58,313 nucleotides of DNA, taken from the IMG/VR virus record IMGVR_UViG_3300029893_000008, positions 1 to 58,313 of that record. The stretch is one strand, 5' to 3'. The notes below the pieces were generated by a model. That model was not told the DNA's origin, did no database searches, and saw nothing but the letters and a program-made list of their open reading frames with translations. Positions 1-8,255 of the stretch are shown piece after piece. Every line of letters starts with the position of its first letter. Position 1 is the stretch's first letter. The translations under genes and the position numbers were made by a program. The stretch is from a virus. Its lineage: Duplodnaviria > Caudoviricetes.

Positions 1-2
1 CT

Positions 3-884
3 TCTGATTATGTTGCATGGGCAAGAGGGGGATTAAGTACATGGGGAGATTTAAGATTACAAAATACTTCTTCTATAACTACTGGAATAAGTAATACAAC
101 TAGAATCTACTCTGATGCAAATAATAATGCAGTATTTAGAAGGTCTAATGGTGCTATTTCTGACATGACAGGTCAGGTAGGATGGTTGCTTCCCTTTGGA
201 TTTAGTAGATTACAAAGTTTATGGACTTTTCAAGAAGGTTTTGCTGATGGAAATAATCAATCTGCACTTGATTTAAGTCAAAACCGTGTTCACATGACTG
301 CTTTAAATCAAACTTGGGTTAACAAACCCATTGAACCTACTGGCGGTTTGAGAAGTATATTCTATTTAAATGGGACTAATGCCTATTTTTATAGAACATC
401 TGACAGAGGATTGAATACCAATAACTGGATTATGTTCGGGGGCTGGTTTCATTTAAATAGCGTTACAAGAAATCATGGTTTTGTCAGGAATGGAAGTACG
501 ATTGTCGGATGGAATATTTTGTATTATAAACCTGCTTGGAACGGTTATGTTGAGTTAGGAGTTGACAATGGTTCTACTCTAACGGTAGCAGTACAGAGAG
601 AATTGACAACTACTGGATGGCATTTTATAGGAATGAGATATTGGTGGATGGCTACAAATAACTTTGCTATTCAATTGTTTTTAGATGGGGCATATTATAA
701 TACATCTATAACCAGTATTAATCAGATGAGAACAGCAACGGGAAACTTTGAAATTGGTAGGGCTGGTAGTGCTGGTGCATATTATTTACAAGGAATGGTA
801 GCCACTGCGTTTTTATGCGGGAGTGGTCATGGGAACGAATTATATGATTATTACAACAACACAAAAGTTTATTTTGGAAGATAA
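3..884 (+). CDS. Virion protein with C-terminal LamG/concanavalin A-like domain (5' truncated by window edge)
   Basis: Frame is open from position 3 to the stop at 884, so the gene begins upstream of the window. LamG-type motifs GWHFIG...LFLDG and FEIGR...YLQG; beta-rich, G/T/N-rich composition. Confidence 0.65.
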   Translation, partial: SDYVAWARGGLSTWGDLRLQNTSSITTGISNTTRIYSDANNNAVFRRSNGAISDMTGQVGWLLPFGFSRLQSLWTFQEGFADGNNQSALDLSQNRVHMTALNQTWVNKPIEPTGGLRSIFYLNGTNAYFYRTSDRGLNTNNWIMFGGWFHLNSVTRNHGFVRNGSTIVGWNILYYKPAWNGYVELGVDNGSTLTVAVQRELTTTGWHFIGMRYWWMATNNFAIQLFLDGAYYNTSITSINQMRTATGNFEIGRAGSAGAYYLQGMVATAFLCGSGHGNELYDYYNNTKVYFGR

Positions 885-908
885 GATTATAATTTTTTTG
901 GAGAGAAA

Positions 909-1244
909 ATGAAAATAAAATACAGTCAAGTTTTTTCAATGTTAAAACACAATGAAAAAATAAAAAAAATAAATTTAAAAATGGTAGATTTATTGAAATT
1001 AAAAAACTTATATCTTGATTTAGAAAAAAAAATAAATTCTTTTAATCAAATAAAAGATGAAGTTATCGCTAAATATAACTTAAATGATGAAAACGAATTA
1101 AAAAAAGCCAATGCCGAATTACAGGAATCTCTTAATTTAGAGATAGAAGTAGATTATGAACCGATTGAAATAAATCAGGATAGTAATGATTTTAATCTTG
1201 AATTTTTAATAGATACTGAATGGATGTGGAAAATAAAGGAATAA
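909..1244 (+). CDS. Hypothetical protein (small, charged, helical)
   Basis: 111-aa ORF with GGAGAG RBS, tightly packed in the operon. Confidence 0.6.
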   Translation: MKIKYSQVFSMLKHNEKIKKINLKMVDLLKLKNLYLDLEKKINSFNQIKDEVIAKYNLNDENELKKANAELQESLNLEIEVDYEPIEINQDSNDFNLEFLIDTEWMWKIKE

Positions 1245-1247
1245 ATT

Positions 1248-2201
1248 ATGAATGCAATAGGTATTAGAGTATCCGAAAAAGATTTTAATAATTTGGAGAA
1301 ATTTAAAGATTTTGATTTTATAGAAATAAAACTTGCTAATTTCTCTTCCACGAGAGATTTCTTTTCAGATTTAATCAATCCAAAAATTTTTGCAGATATG
1401 GTAGATAAAGCATATAATATGGGATTATTGGTAGGTGTTAGCCTTCCCTTGCCCGTATCAAAGTTTTTAGAAAATCAATATACCATGTATGATGTCACCA
1501 AACTTGCTGGTGTAAATCATCCAATATTTAAAGTTATGTTGAATAATTTTCGATATAAAGCACTTGGTTTTGTAAATTTTATATTTAGTGATTCAAGTGT
1601 AAGTCAATTGGCTACGGATACATGGACTAGTTTTGTTATTGAAGATATTTATAAAAGAACAATTCAATTGATTAGAGAAAAGTATTTTAATCCTTTTGTG
1701 TTGGGTATAAGCACTTATGAAAGTTTTGTAAAAAAATTTCCTTCTATGATTAATTTCTTAAATAATCGTGGAGATATGATGGTGTCTTATTCTAATACAC
1801 AAGGTACATTGACTTCCTTAAAAGATGTTTTTGAAATTGCTAAAAATACAAATTTTAAAGATAATCCTTTGTGGAGTGATAAGAGAACAAGGCTTACAAT
1901 GAAGCACTTTGCTTTATATCAACCCGAATCTAATATGGAAAAATATGTAGTTATGATGTATAATGGCACAATTGAACAAATGGTTGCTGATACGGGTGCA
2001 ATATACAAAGGTGAAAAAGATGTTGTTATTCCTAACCCACCTGAAAATCCACCCCCGCCACAACCCCAAAAACCAGAATTACCAAAACCCGATAATAGAT
2101 TAGATGTAATTCTTCAAAAACTTGAAGATTTAGATTTGAGAACAAAAGAAATTGAAAAGATATTAAAATATCATTTTAGGGAGTATAATGACAACATATA
2201 A
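1248..2201 (+). CDS. Divergent GH25-like (lysozyme TIM-barrel) protein with Pro-rich linker and C-terminal coiled coil
   Basis: N-terminus AIGIRVS...DFIEIKLA...FADMVDKAYNMGLLVG parallels the GH25 pattern GIDVS...FAFIKA...A..AGL..G; PNPPENPPPPQPQKPELP linker. Confidence 0.45.
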   Translation: MNAIGIRVSEKDFNNLEKFKDFDFIEIKLANFSSTRDFFSDLINPKIFADMVDKAYNMGLLVGVSLPLPVSKFLENQYTMYDVTKLAGVNHPIFKVMLNNFRYKALGFVNFIFSDSSVSQLATDTWTSFVIEDIYKRTIQLIREKYFNPFVLGISTYESFVKKFPSMINFLNNRGDMMVSYSNTQGTLTSLKDVFEIAKNTNFKDNPLWSDKRTRLTMKHFALYQPESNMEKYVVMMYNGTIEQMVADTGAIYKGEKDVVIPNPPENPPPPQPQKPELPKPDNRLDVILQKLEDLDLRTKEIEKILKYHFREYNDNI

Positions 2202-2733
2202 TACTTTCAAGGAATTTTCTAATATTCCCTATTCTGTTGTTTCTTATCTTTTAGATAATTCAGAGGATGTTTGGAGATTATTGAAATATGATACCCCCGA
2301 TGCTTGGGATAAGAATAAATATCCTAATCTTTCTAAAATAGAAAAAGGTAAGATGATTTATGATGGTGTGATGAAGCAAGAAGATGCTAGGGTATTTATG
2401 ACAACAGGAATGAGTGATGGTTGGGTAGAAATGACTACCCAATTACGAATTTCTATTGTGGAGATGATTCCCTCTAATACAGTTTATGGTAATATATCTA
2501 TTGGTGTAGAAATACTTCCTCATTTTCAAGTAAATCAATTATCAAATTATAGACAAAGAGATAATATGATTGCCGAAGAAATTATAAGAGTTCTTAATGG
2601 GGCAGAGATAACAGAAGGGTTGGGTAGAATATACTTTGATTTTTCTAAAAATCCAAGATGCAAAATGACAGTAATAGGGAGTAATCCTTTTATTGGGAAA
2701 GGACTTATTTTCTGCAACTGGATTTCAGGATAA
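2188..2733 (+). CDS. Putative head-tail/tail completion protein
   Basis: 181-aa ORF two genes upstream of the tail tube gene; assignment is positional only. Confidence 0.4.
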   Translation: MTTYNTFKEFSNIPYSVVSYLLDNSEDVWRLLKYDTPDAWDKNKYPNLSKIEKGKMIYDGVMKQEDARVFMTTGMSDGWVEMTTQLRISIVEMIPSNTVYGNISIGVEILPHFQVNQLSNYRQRDNMIAEEIIRVLNGAEITEGLGRIYFDFSKNPRCKMTVIGSNPFIGKGLIFCNWISG

Positions 2734-2736
2734 TAA

Positions 2737-3516
2737 ATGAACATTTTAGATAAAATTTATAAGAAAGAAAATGACATTTTTGGTTATCCACAAATTTATA
2801 AAGAAATAAAATTTTATCCTTTAAAAATATCTGATATAGAAATGATAGATGTTTTTTATGGTGTTTTTCAATATCCCAAAAACATTATATCAGATAAAGA
2901 AGTTCTTAAAATGTCTTATCTGAAATATTTACTTTTAGTAATTCGTTATGGAATAAGGGATAGTATTGAAAGTGATTTAAAAAAACTTTTATGTCATATT
3001 TTGAAAACAAAAAAAGTTTCCTTTGATTATATTCAAGATGAAAATAAAAATTTATCAATTAATATTAAAATCAACGATATAGAATTAAGTGAATATGATT
3101 TTGATATAATGAGGGAAATTATATTGTTACAAAATGGATTAAGTGTTGAATATATTGAGTCTTTTAATCCAGAATTAGAAAAGATATTAGTAGAAGCAAA
3201 TAAAAAATATGAAGATATAACATTAGAGGATGAAATTTTTACATTAGTTTGTTTGACAAAATTATCCATAGAAGAAATATCTAAATTGACTTTATATCAA
3301 TTTAAAAAACTTCTTCAAAGAGCAATGCTTGTATTTGAATACAATCAAATAAAGCCACTAGAAATTAGTGGACAAATAAAATCTGAAAGTGGAAAAGAGA
3401 TTATCAAGCATTACTTATCAAATATAAAATTATCGGGTAGGTATGAAAATATTTTGATACCGAAAGATAGTTTTGTTAGTGAACAAAAAGATTTGTTTAA
3501 TTTTAATAAAGAATAA
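2737..3516 (+). CDS. Hypothetical tail-module protein (possible assembly chaperone)
   Basis: 259-aa ORF coupled to neighbours; C-terminal LTLYQF motif reminiscent of tail chaperones. Confidence 0.4.
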   Translation: MNILDKIYKKENDIFGYPQIYKEIKFYPLKISDIEMIDVFYGVFQYPKNIISDKEVLKMSYLKYLLLVIRYGIRDSIESDLKKLLCHILKTKKVSFDYIQDENKNLSINIKINDIELSEYDFDIMREIILLQNGLSVEYIESFNPELEKILVEANKKYEDITLEDEIFTLVCLTKLSIEEISKLTLYQFKKLLQRAMLVFEYNQIKPLEISGQIKSESGKEIIKHYLSNIKLSGRYENILIPKDSFVSEQKDLFNFNKE

Positions 3517-3529
3517 GGAGTTTATAAAA

Positions 3530-4558
3530 ATGGCAAATGAATTTTTAGTTAGTGTGGCAAATGCTGTTTTGCTTAATCCGAATACAAATGAGGCTATTGC
3601 AGTAGGTAAAACAAATATCACTTCTTCAATTACTCTTTCGATGCAGAAAACAGAGGTTAGGGGTGGGATTAATAATCCATTGCTTTATACTTATTTTCAC
3701 GACAGATTAGCAGAGTTTAATATTGAAGAAGCCACTTTTAGTCGGACTGTATTGGCTTTGAATGCTGGTACTTCAATTCTCAATAAGACTATTCAGATTG
3801 TTGAAACCGAGAGAGTTAGTTTGACTTCTAATGTGGGTACTCTTTCTAGAAGTGCGGTTGGTGATGTTACTGTATTTCTCGATAATGGTACTTCCCAATT
3901 GGTTACCCCCGTTTCTGGTAGTGTAATTACTGTTTCTGGTGGTGGCAATCAGGCTGTTACTGCTGTCTATACCTATAATGGAAATGCTGATGAAGTAATG
4001 GTTGAGGCGACTACTCCGCCCGCTAATGTCAGACTTATCTTGACAGCAGAGGTGAGAGATAGTAACAACATTGTTGTTTCTTATTTGCAGATTGATGTAC
4101 CTTCATATCAGATTGCTGGTAACTATACTCTGAATTTGAGTGCTAATGGGGTGTCTACTCAATCGTTGAGTGGTGTTGCTTTGGTCAGCAAGGATGCACA
4201 GACGGGTAAAGATTATTATTTCAAGGCTTCTTGGATTCCTGCAACTACTACCAGTATTCCTGTTAGTGCTATTGCTGGTATTCCCAGTGTCTTGACTTTC
4301 AGTCATGCATTAAGACCTCAATCACAGCAGATTAATGTACTCGGTATTCGTGGTGGTGTTTATGCTAATGCAAATATTACCAATCTTTCTACTTTTGTAA
4401 AAACTAGTGGTTGTACTACAATAACAGTTAATGGTAGTGGTGTTGTAACTAGTTCTTCTGCCGTAAATCAGGGTGATACCGCATTGATTACGATTACTTA
4501 CTATACTCCTGCTACTGGTTCTCTGACAGACACTGTTAATGTTATTGTTGGTGCATAA
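3530..4558 (+). CDS. Major tail (tube) protein with C-terminal Ig-like extension
   Basis: AAGGAG RBS before ATG 3530 (MANEFLV); EVRGG..N motif; T/S/V/G-rich; few rare codons; stable hairpin follows. Confidence 0.7.
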   Translation: MANEFLVSVANAVLLNPNTNEAIAVGKTNITSSITLSMQKTEVRGGINNPLLYTYFHDRLAEFNIEEATFSRTVLALNAGTSILNKTIQIVETERVSLTSNVGTLSRSAVGDVTVFLDNGTSQLVTPVSGSVITVSGGGNQAVTAVYTYNGNADEVMVEATTPPANVRLILTAEVRDSNNIVVSYLQIDVPSYQIAGNYTLNLSANGVSTQSLSGVALVSKDAQTGKDYYFKASWIPATTTSIPVSAIAGIPSVLTFSHALRPQSQQINVLGIRGGVYANANITNLSTFVKTSGCTTITVNGSGVVTSSSAVNQGDTALITITYYTPATGSLTDTVNVIVGA

Positions 4559-4577
4559 TTTTTTTTTGTTAGGGGAA

Positions 4578-4603
4578 GGGGGTACTATAATAATAGTACC
4601 CCC
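4578..4603 (+). other. GC-rich hairpin after major tail gene (terminator or mRNA stabiliser)
   Basis: GGGGGTACTAT-AATA-ATAGTACCCCC perfect 11-bp stem; no immediate U-tract. Confidence 0.55.
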
Positions 4604-4634
4604 CCAGAGTAAAGCCGTGTAGAAAGGAGTCTTA

Positions 4635-5084
4635 ATGGAGCAAACTACATTGGATATTTTACAAAAAAAGGTAAATAACCTTGAAGAAAGGTTAGATAAG
4701 ATGGACATAAAAATAAATGAATTAGATAAAAAACAGTCCATAAATGGTTTTGTCCTAGCAAGACTTGAAGAAGCATTCAATAAAAATACTCTGGTTATGG
4801 ATAATCTTGTAAAAACGATGAATGATTTCCAAATGGCTTTTTTTAAAATAGAAACACAAGTTAATAATATATCTGAAAGTACCAGAAAAACAGAAACAGA
4901 TGTAAAAGATTTAAAGGGAAACATACAAAATATTAATGAATCAGTTAAGATTAATGTGGTTGAAATTCTTATGGGGGTATTAAAATCTAAATTTTTCTGG
5001 ATTTTATCTATTGTTTTGATGATATTATATTATTTGCTTGGTTTTATAAAAAATGAATTAATCCTTAAGATGATAGGTCAATAA
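4635..5084 (+). CDS. Coiled-coil protein with C-terminal transmembrane helix (XhlA/holin-like)
   Basis: Heptad-rich N-terminus; hydrophobic FFWILSIVLMILYYLLGFI; AAGGAG RBS. Confidence 0.5.
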   Translation: MEQTTLDILQKKVNNLEERLDKMDIKINELDKKQSINGFVLARLEEAFNKNTLVMDNLVKTMNDFQMAFFKIETQVNNISESTRKTETDVKDLKGNIQNINESVKINVVEILMGVLKSKFFWILSIVLMILYYLLGFIKNELILKMIGQ

Positions 5085-5085
5085 A

Positions 5086-5652
5086 ATGGAAAAGAAAAAG
5101 ATAGAATTAAAATTAGTTAATCCTATAACTTTGCATGTTGGAGAAATTTCCTTTAAGATTCAGCCTTATTTTACATTTGAGCAAGAAATCAAAATTATTA
5201 ATGTTTATCTTTCAACATTTTTTGATAATGAAGATGAAATATATAGAAAATACTTGCTTGCTGAAAAGGCTATGATACTTGCAATTATAGATGAGATTAC
5301 TGATATAGATATTGAATCAGAAGATTTTGATTTAGACCTGTTTATTGCTAATGGATTCTGGAATAAGATACTGGAAGTAATTGGGGAAAAGTATAAAAAA
5401 TTATTAGATGATATAAAAAATATTGTTCAAATTATTAATTTTGAAAAAAAATTACAATTATCTATTTCATCTAATCTAAATGCTGTTTTTGCAAACATAA
5501 ATAAAATTTTAGAGAAATTATCACAATTAGATGAAGATAAACTTGAAAAATTACTAATAGAATTTAATAGCAGTATTCGTGAATTAAATGAAAAATATCC
5601 ATTTAATGATATGAAAAAAACCAGAAATAAAAAAATGCTAAAAGATGAGTAA
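5086..5652 (+). CDS. Hypothetical protein
   Basis: 188-aa ORF in operon. Confidence 0.6.
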   Translation: MEKKKIELKLVNPITLHVGEISFKIQPYFTFEQEIKIINVYLSTFFDNEDEIYRKYLLAEKAMILAIIDEITDIDIESEDFDLDLFIANGFWNKILEVIGEKYKKLLDDIKNIVQIINFEKKLQLSISSNLNAVFANINKILEKLSQLDEDKLEKLLIEFNSSIRELNEKYPFNDMKKTRNKKMLKDE

Positions 5653-5654
5653 AT

Positions 5655-5849
5655 ATGAAAAAGGAAAAAATCATTAAGCGACTGAATCGTGTTTGTCCTG
5701 ATTGCAAGTCTAAAAATTATTATTTAATTGAAATTTCAGAAGAAAAAGATGGTATTGTTTTTTCTAACAAATATCATAAGTGTATGGATTGTTATTACAA
5801 AGAAACCATAAAAGATAAAAGAAAAAACAAGATAGATAGAGAGGAATAA
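5655..5849 (+). CDS. Small zinc-ribbon protein
   Basis: CPDC...CMDC pairs. Confidence 0.55.
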   Translation: MKKEKIIKRLNRVCPDCKSKNYYLIEISEEKDGIVFSNKYHKCMDCYYKETIKDKRKNKIDREE

Positions 5850-5851
5850 TT

Positions 5852-6331
5852 ATGATAGATAATGAAAGCACATTAATCTCTATGCTTATGGCAGATTTAA
5901 AAGGTTCTTTAATGGATACAATGAAAGATGTAAAAGATTTACATGAAAAAAATGTAGAAATTAATATTTATGCAAACTATACTCCTGTTGTTTATGAACG
6001 ACAAGGTGAGAATGGTGGTTTATTGGGTTCTTTTAAAATAGAACAAGTTAGTAACGATTTGTTAAGCAATGAATTAATGTTGTTTTCATATCCTTATTTT
6101 ATGAATCACGACCCAGATGCTTTTATTCATGGAAGTTATTATTGGGTTTTAAGAGATATTAGAGAATTACTAGAAGAAATTATTTTGGAAGGAAAACAAG
6201 GTAATATGTTTCCAAGAAGAGAATGGGGTAATTATTATGAGGAAACAGTTTCTCAATTGGATTCTGGTAGATTTGAGAAATATATCGAAAAGTATTTTAG
6301 AAAAAGAAAACTTAAATTCAAAAAAGAATAA
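5852..6331 (+). CDS. Hypothetical tail-module protein
   Basis: 159-aa ORF with Y..YTP..YER motif; RBS GAGG. Confidence 0.5.
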   Translation: MIDNESTLISMLMADLKGSLMDTMKDVKDLHEKNVEINIYANYTPVVYERQGENGGLLGSFKIEQVSNDLLSNELMLFSYPYFMNHDPDAFIHGSYYWVLRDIRELLEEIILEGKQGNMFPRREWGNYYEETVSQLDSGRFEKYIEKYFRKRKLKFKKE

Positions 6332-6341
6332 GGAGTAGAAA

Positions 6342-6707
6342 ATGGATTTAGAATTTTGGAGTGCCTTTGCACAAAGATTTTTAGAAATTGTATTACCCCC
6401 GTTGGTAGCCTTGATTGCTGGCTATATTGTTCAGCAGATTCGCTTACTTGAAGCAAAGATAAAAAATGAAAGACCTGATTTAGCCTACATTATCTCCTTC
6501 CTTGCTGATTCGGCTGTTAAATCGGCTGAACAGGCTAACCTTGCGGGTTATATTACTGATAAAAGGCAGTATGCGTTTGATTATATAAAACTTCAACTTG
6601 AAAAACAGGGTATCAAAATTGACCCAGAGATTATCTATAAAGAGATTGAAAGAGCAGTATTTGATAATCTTACTAAAGAAAAAATGAGAATTAAAGAAGA
6701 AGAATAA
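6342..6707 (+). CDS. Holin, LL-H family
   Basis: Single N-terminal TM helix, AVKSAEQ, KRQYA and EIERAV motifs typical of LL-H holins. Confidence 0.75.
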   Translation: MDLEFWSAFAQRFLEIVLPPLVALIAGYIVQQIRLLEAKIKNERPDLAYIISFLADSAVKSAEQANLAGYITDKRQYAFDYIKLQLEKQGIKIDPEIIYKEIERAVFDNLTKEKMRIKEEE

Positions 6708-6712
6708 AAGAT

Positions 6713-6749
6713 AAAAGGGATTGTTATAAAAAACAATCCCTTTTTTTTT
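6713..6749 (+). terminator. Rho-independent terminator
   Basis: AAAAGGGATTGTT-loop-AACAATCCCTTTT followed by a T run. Confidence 0.8.
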
Positions 6750-6767
6750 GTCATTTAAGGAAATACT

Positions 6768-7223
6768 ATGAAGATAATAGGAATAGACCTATCTTTAAGT
6801 AATACAGGAATATCATATTTTGAAAATAAAAAATTATGTGATGTATTTTCAATTGATACAAAGAAAATAAAAAAAGACCAATTTTGCAGAATGTTTTACC
6901 TGACCGATAAAATAAAGAATTATATTTTTGAGAAAAATCCAGATATAATTGTTTTTGAATCGGGATTTTATAGATATAATACTTCAACAGAAGTGCTATA
7001 TCGTTTACAGGGAATGCTTTTTTATAATATAAAAGAATATAATTTTATTTTTTATAGTCCTTCTACCATAAAAAAAATTATTACGGGAAAAGGTAATTCC
7101 AAAAAAGAAGAAGTTTATCGGATTATAAAAAATAAATTTCCAGAAATAGAAATAAACAATTTAGATGAAAGTGATGCGATAGCAATTGGATTAACATTTA
7201 TTAAGGACAGGGATATAAAATGA
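6768..7223 (+). CDS. ruvC: RuvC-like Holliday junction resolvase
   Basis: IGIDLS, central E (VFE), TGKGNSKKEEV and DESDAIAI catalytic motifs. Confidence 0.85.
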   Translation: MKIIGIDLSLSNTGISYFENKKLCDVFSIDTKKIKKDQFCRMFYLTDKIKNYIFEKNPDIIVFESGFYRYNTSTEVLYRLQGMLFYNIKEYNFIFYSPSTIKKIITGKGNSKKEEVYRIIKNKFPEIEINNLDESDAIAIGLTFIKDRDIK

Positions 7224-8227
7224 GAAATGTTTATAATGAAATGTTTGATAAGGAAATTTGGGAAAAAGTAAATGAAAAAAATAAATCTATTATGAATGAT
7301 TACTTACTTGAATTAAAGCAAAGAAAAAAATCTAATGGTACTATAACCCAATATAAAGCAGATATAAGGGCTTTTTTATGTTATTTATATAAATATGAAA
7401 ACAATATTTATGTTTTAGATGTAAATAAAAAACAATTAAGAGATTTTTCTTTGTTTCTTACTTATAATAATAATGTTTCAAATTCTAGGCATAATCGCTT
7501 TATTTCGGTTGTAAGGTCATTATTATATTTTGCAGAAGAAAATCAAGAAGATTATGGAAATTTTGAAGCAAATGTGGCTAGAAGATTGAAGAGTTTGGAT
7601 TCAAAAGAAAAAAGGCGTGAAATACATTTCCTGAAAGATGAAGATATTTCATATATTATGAAAAAATTGGAAGAAAGAGGGGAATATCAAGAAAGTGCAT
7701 TTTTAGCAATGCTTTATGATAGTGCTGGTAGAAGAAATGAAGTATTACAAGTGAGAAAAGATTCATTTTCATTTGAAAGAAATAATACAAATAAAGTGGT
7801 TGGTAAAAGAAAAAAAGTTTTTTCATTACTTTATTTTGACAGAACAAAAGATGCAGTTAAAAAATGGTTAATTGCCAGAGGAAAGGATGATGTAGATTCT
7901 TTGTGGGCAGTTCCTATACCCCAAACAAGATTTAAAAGACCAGCGAGAGAACATGATGTTTATAGATGGTTTTTAAAAATGAAAGAAATATTAAAAGAAA
8001 GAGATGGAGAATTTACAAATTTTAATGTTCATTCTATTCGACATTCCGCTTTGCAAAATTATTCAGATGGTAGCCATTATGTTTGTAAAAAATTAGGTAT
8101 TTCTGGATTTCCTATTGAAAAATTAAAATTACTTGCAAATCATTCTGATTTAACAACTACCAGCAATTATCTGAAAGATAATTCCATTAATGAAATAGAG
8201 GGGATGTTTGGAATAAAAATTGAATAA
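7220..8227 (+). CDS. Tyrosine recombinase (integrase/Xer family)
   Basis: Catalytic R (GRRNE), K (VVGK), HxxR (HSIRH), H (NHSD), Y (TSNY); N-terminal SAM-like region. Confidence 0.85.
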   Translation: MRNVYNEMFDKEIWEKVNEKNKSIMNDYLLELKQRKKSNGTITQYKADIRAFLCYLYKYENNIYVLDVNKKQLRDFSLFLTYNNNVSNSRHNRFISVVRSLLYFAEENQEDYGNFEANVARRLKSLDSKEKRREIHFLKDEDISYIMKKLEERGEYQESAFLAMLYDSAGRRNEVLQVRKDSFSFERNNTNKVVGKRKKVFSLLYFDRTKDAVKKWLIARGKDDVDSLWAVPIPQTRFKRPAREHDVYRWFLKMKEILKERDGEFTNFNVHSIRHSALQNYSDGSHYVCKKLGISGFPIEKLKLLANHSDLTTTSNYLKDNSINEIEGMFGIKIE

Positions 8228-8255
8228 ATTTATATAAAAAAGAGAGGATAAATAT

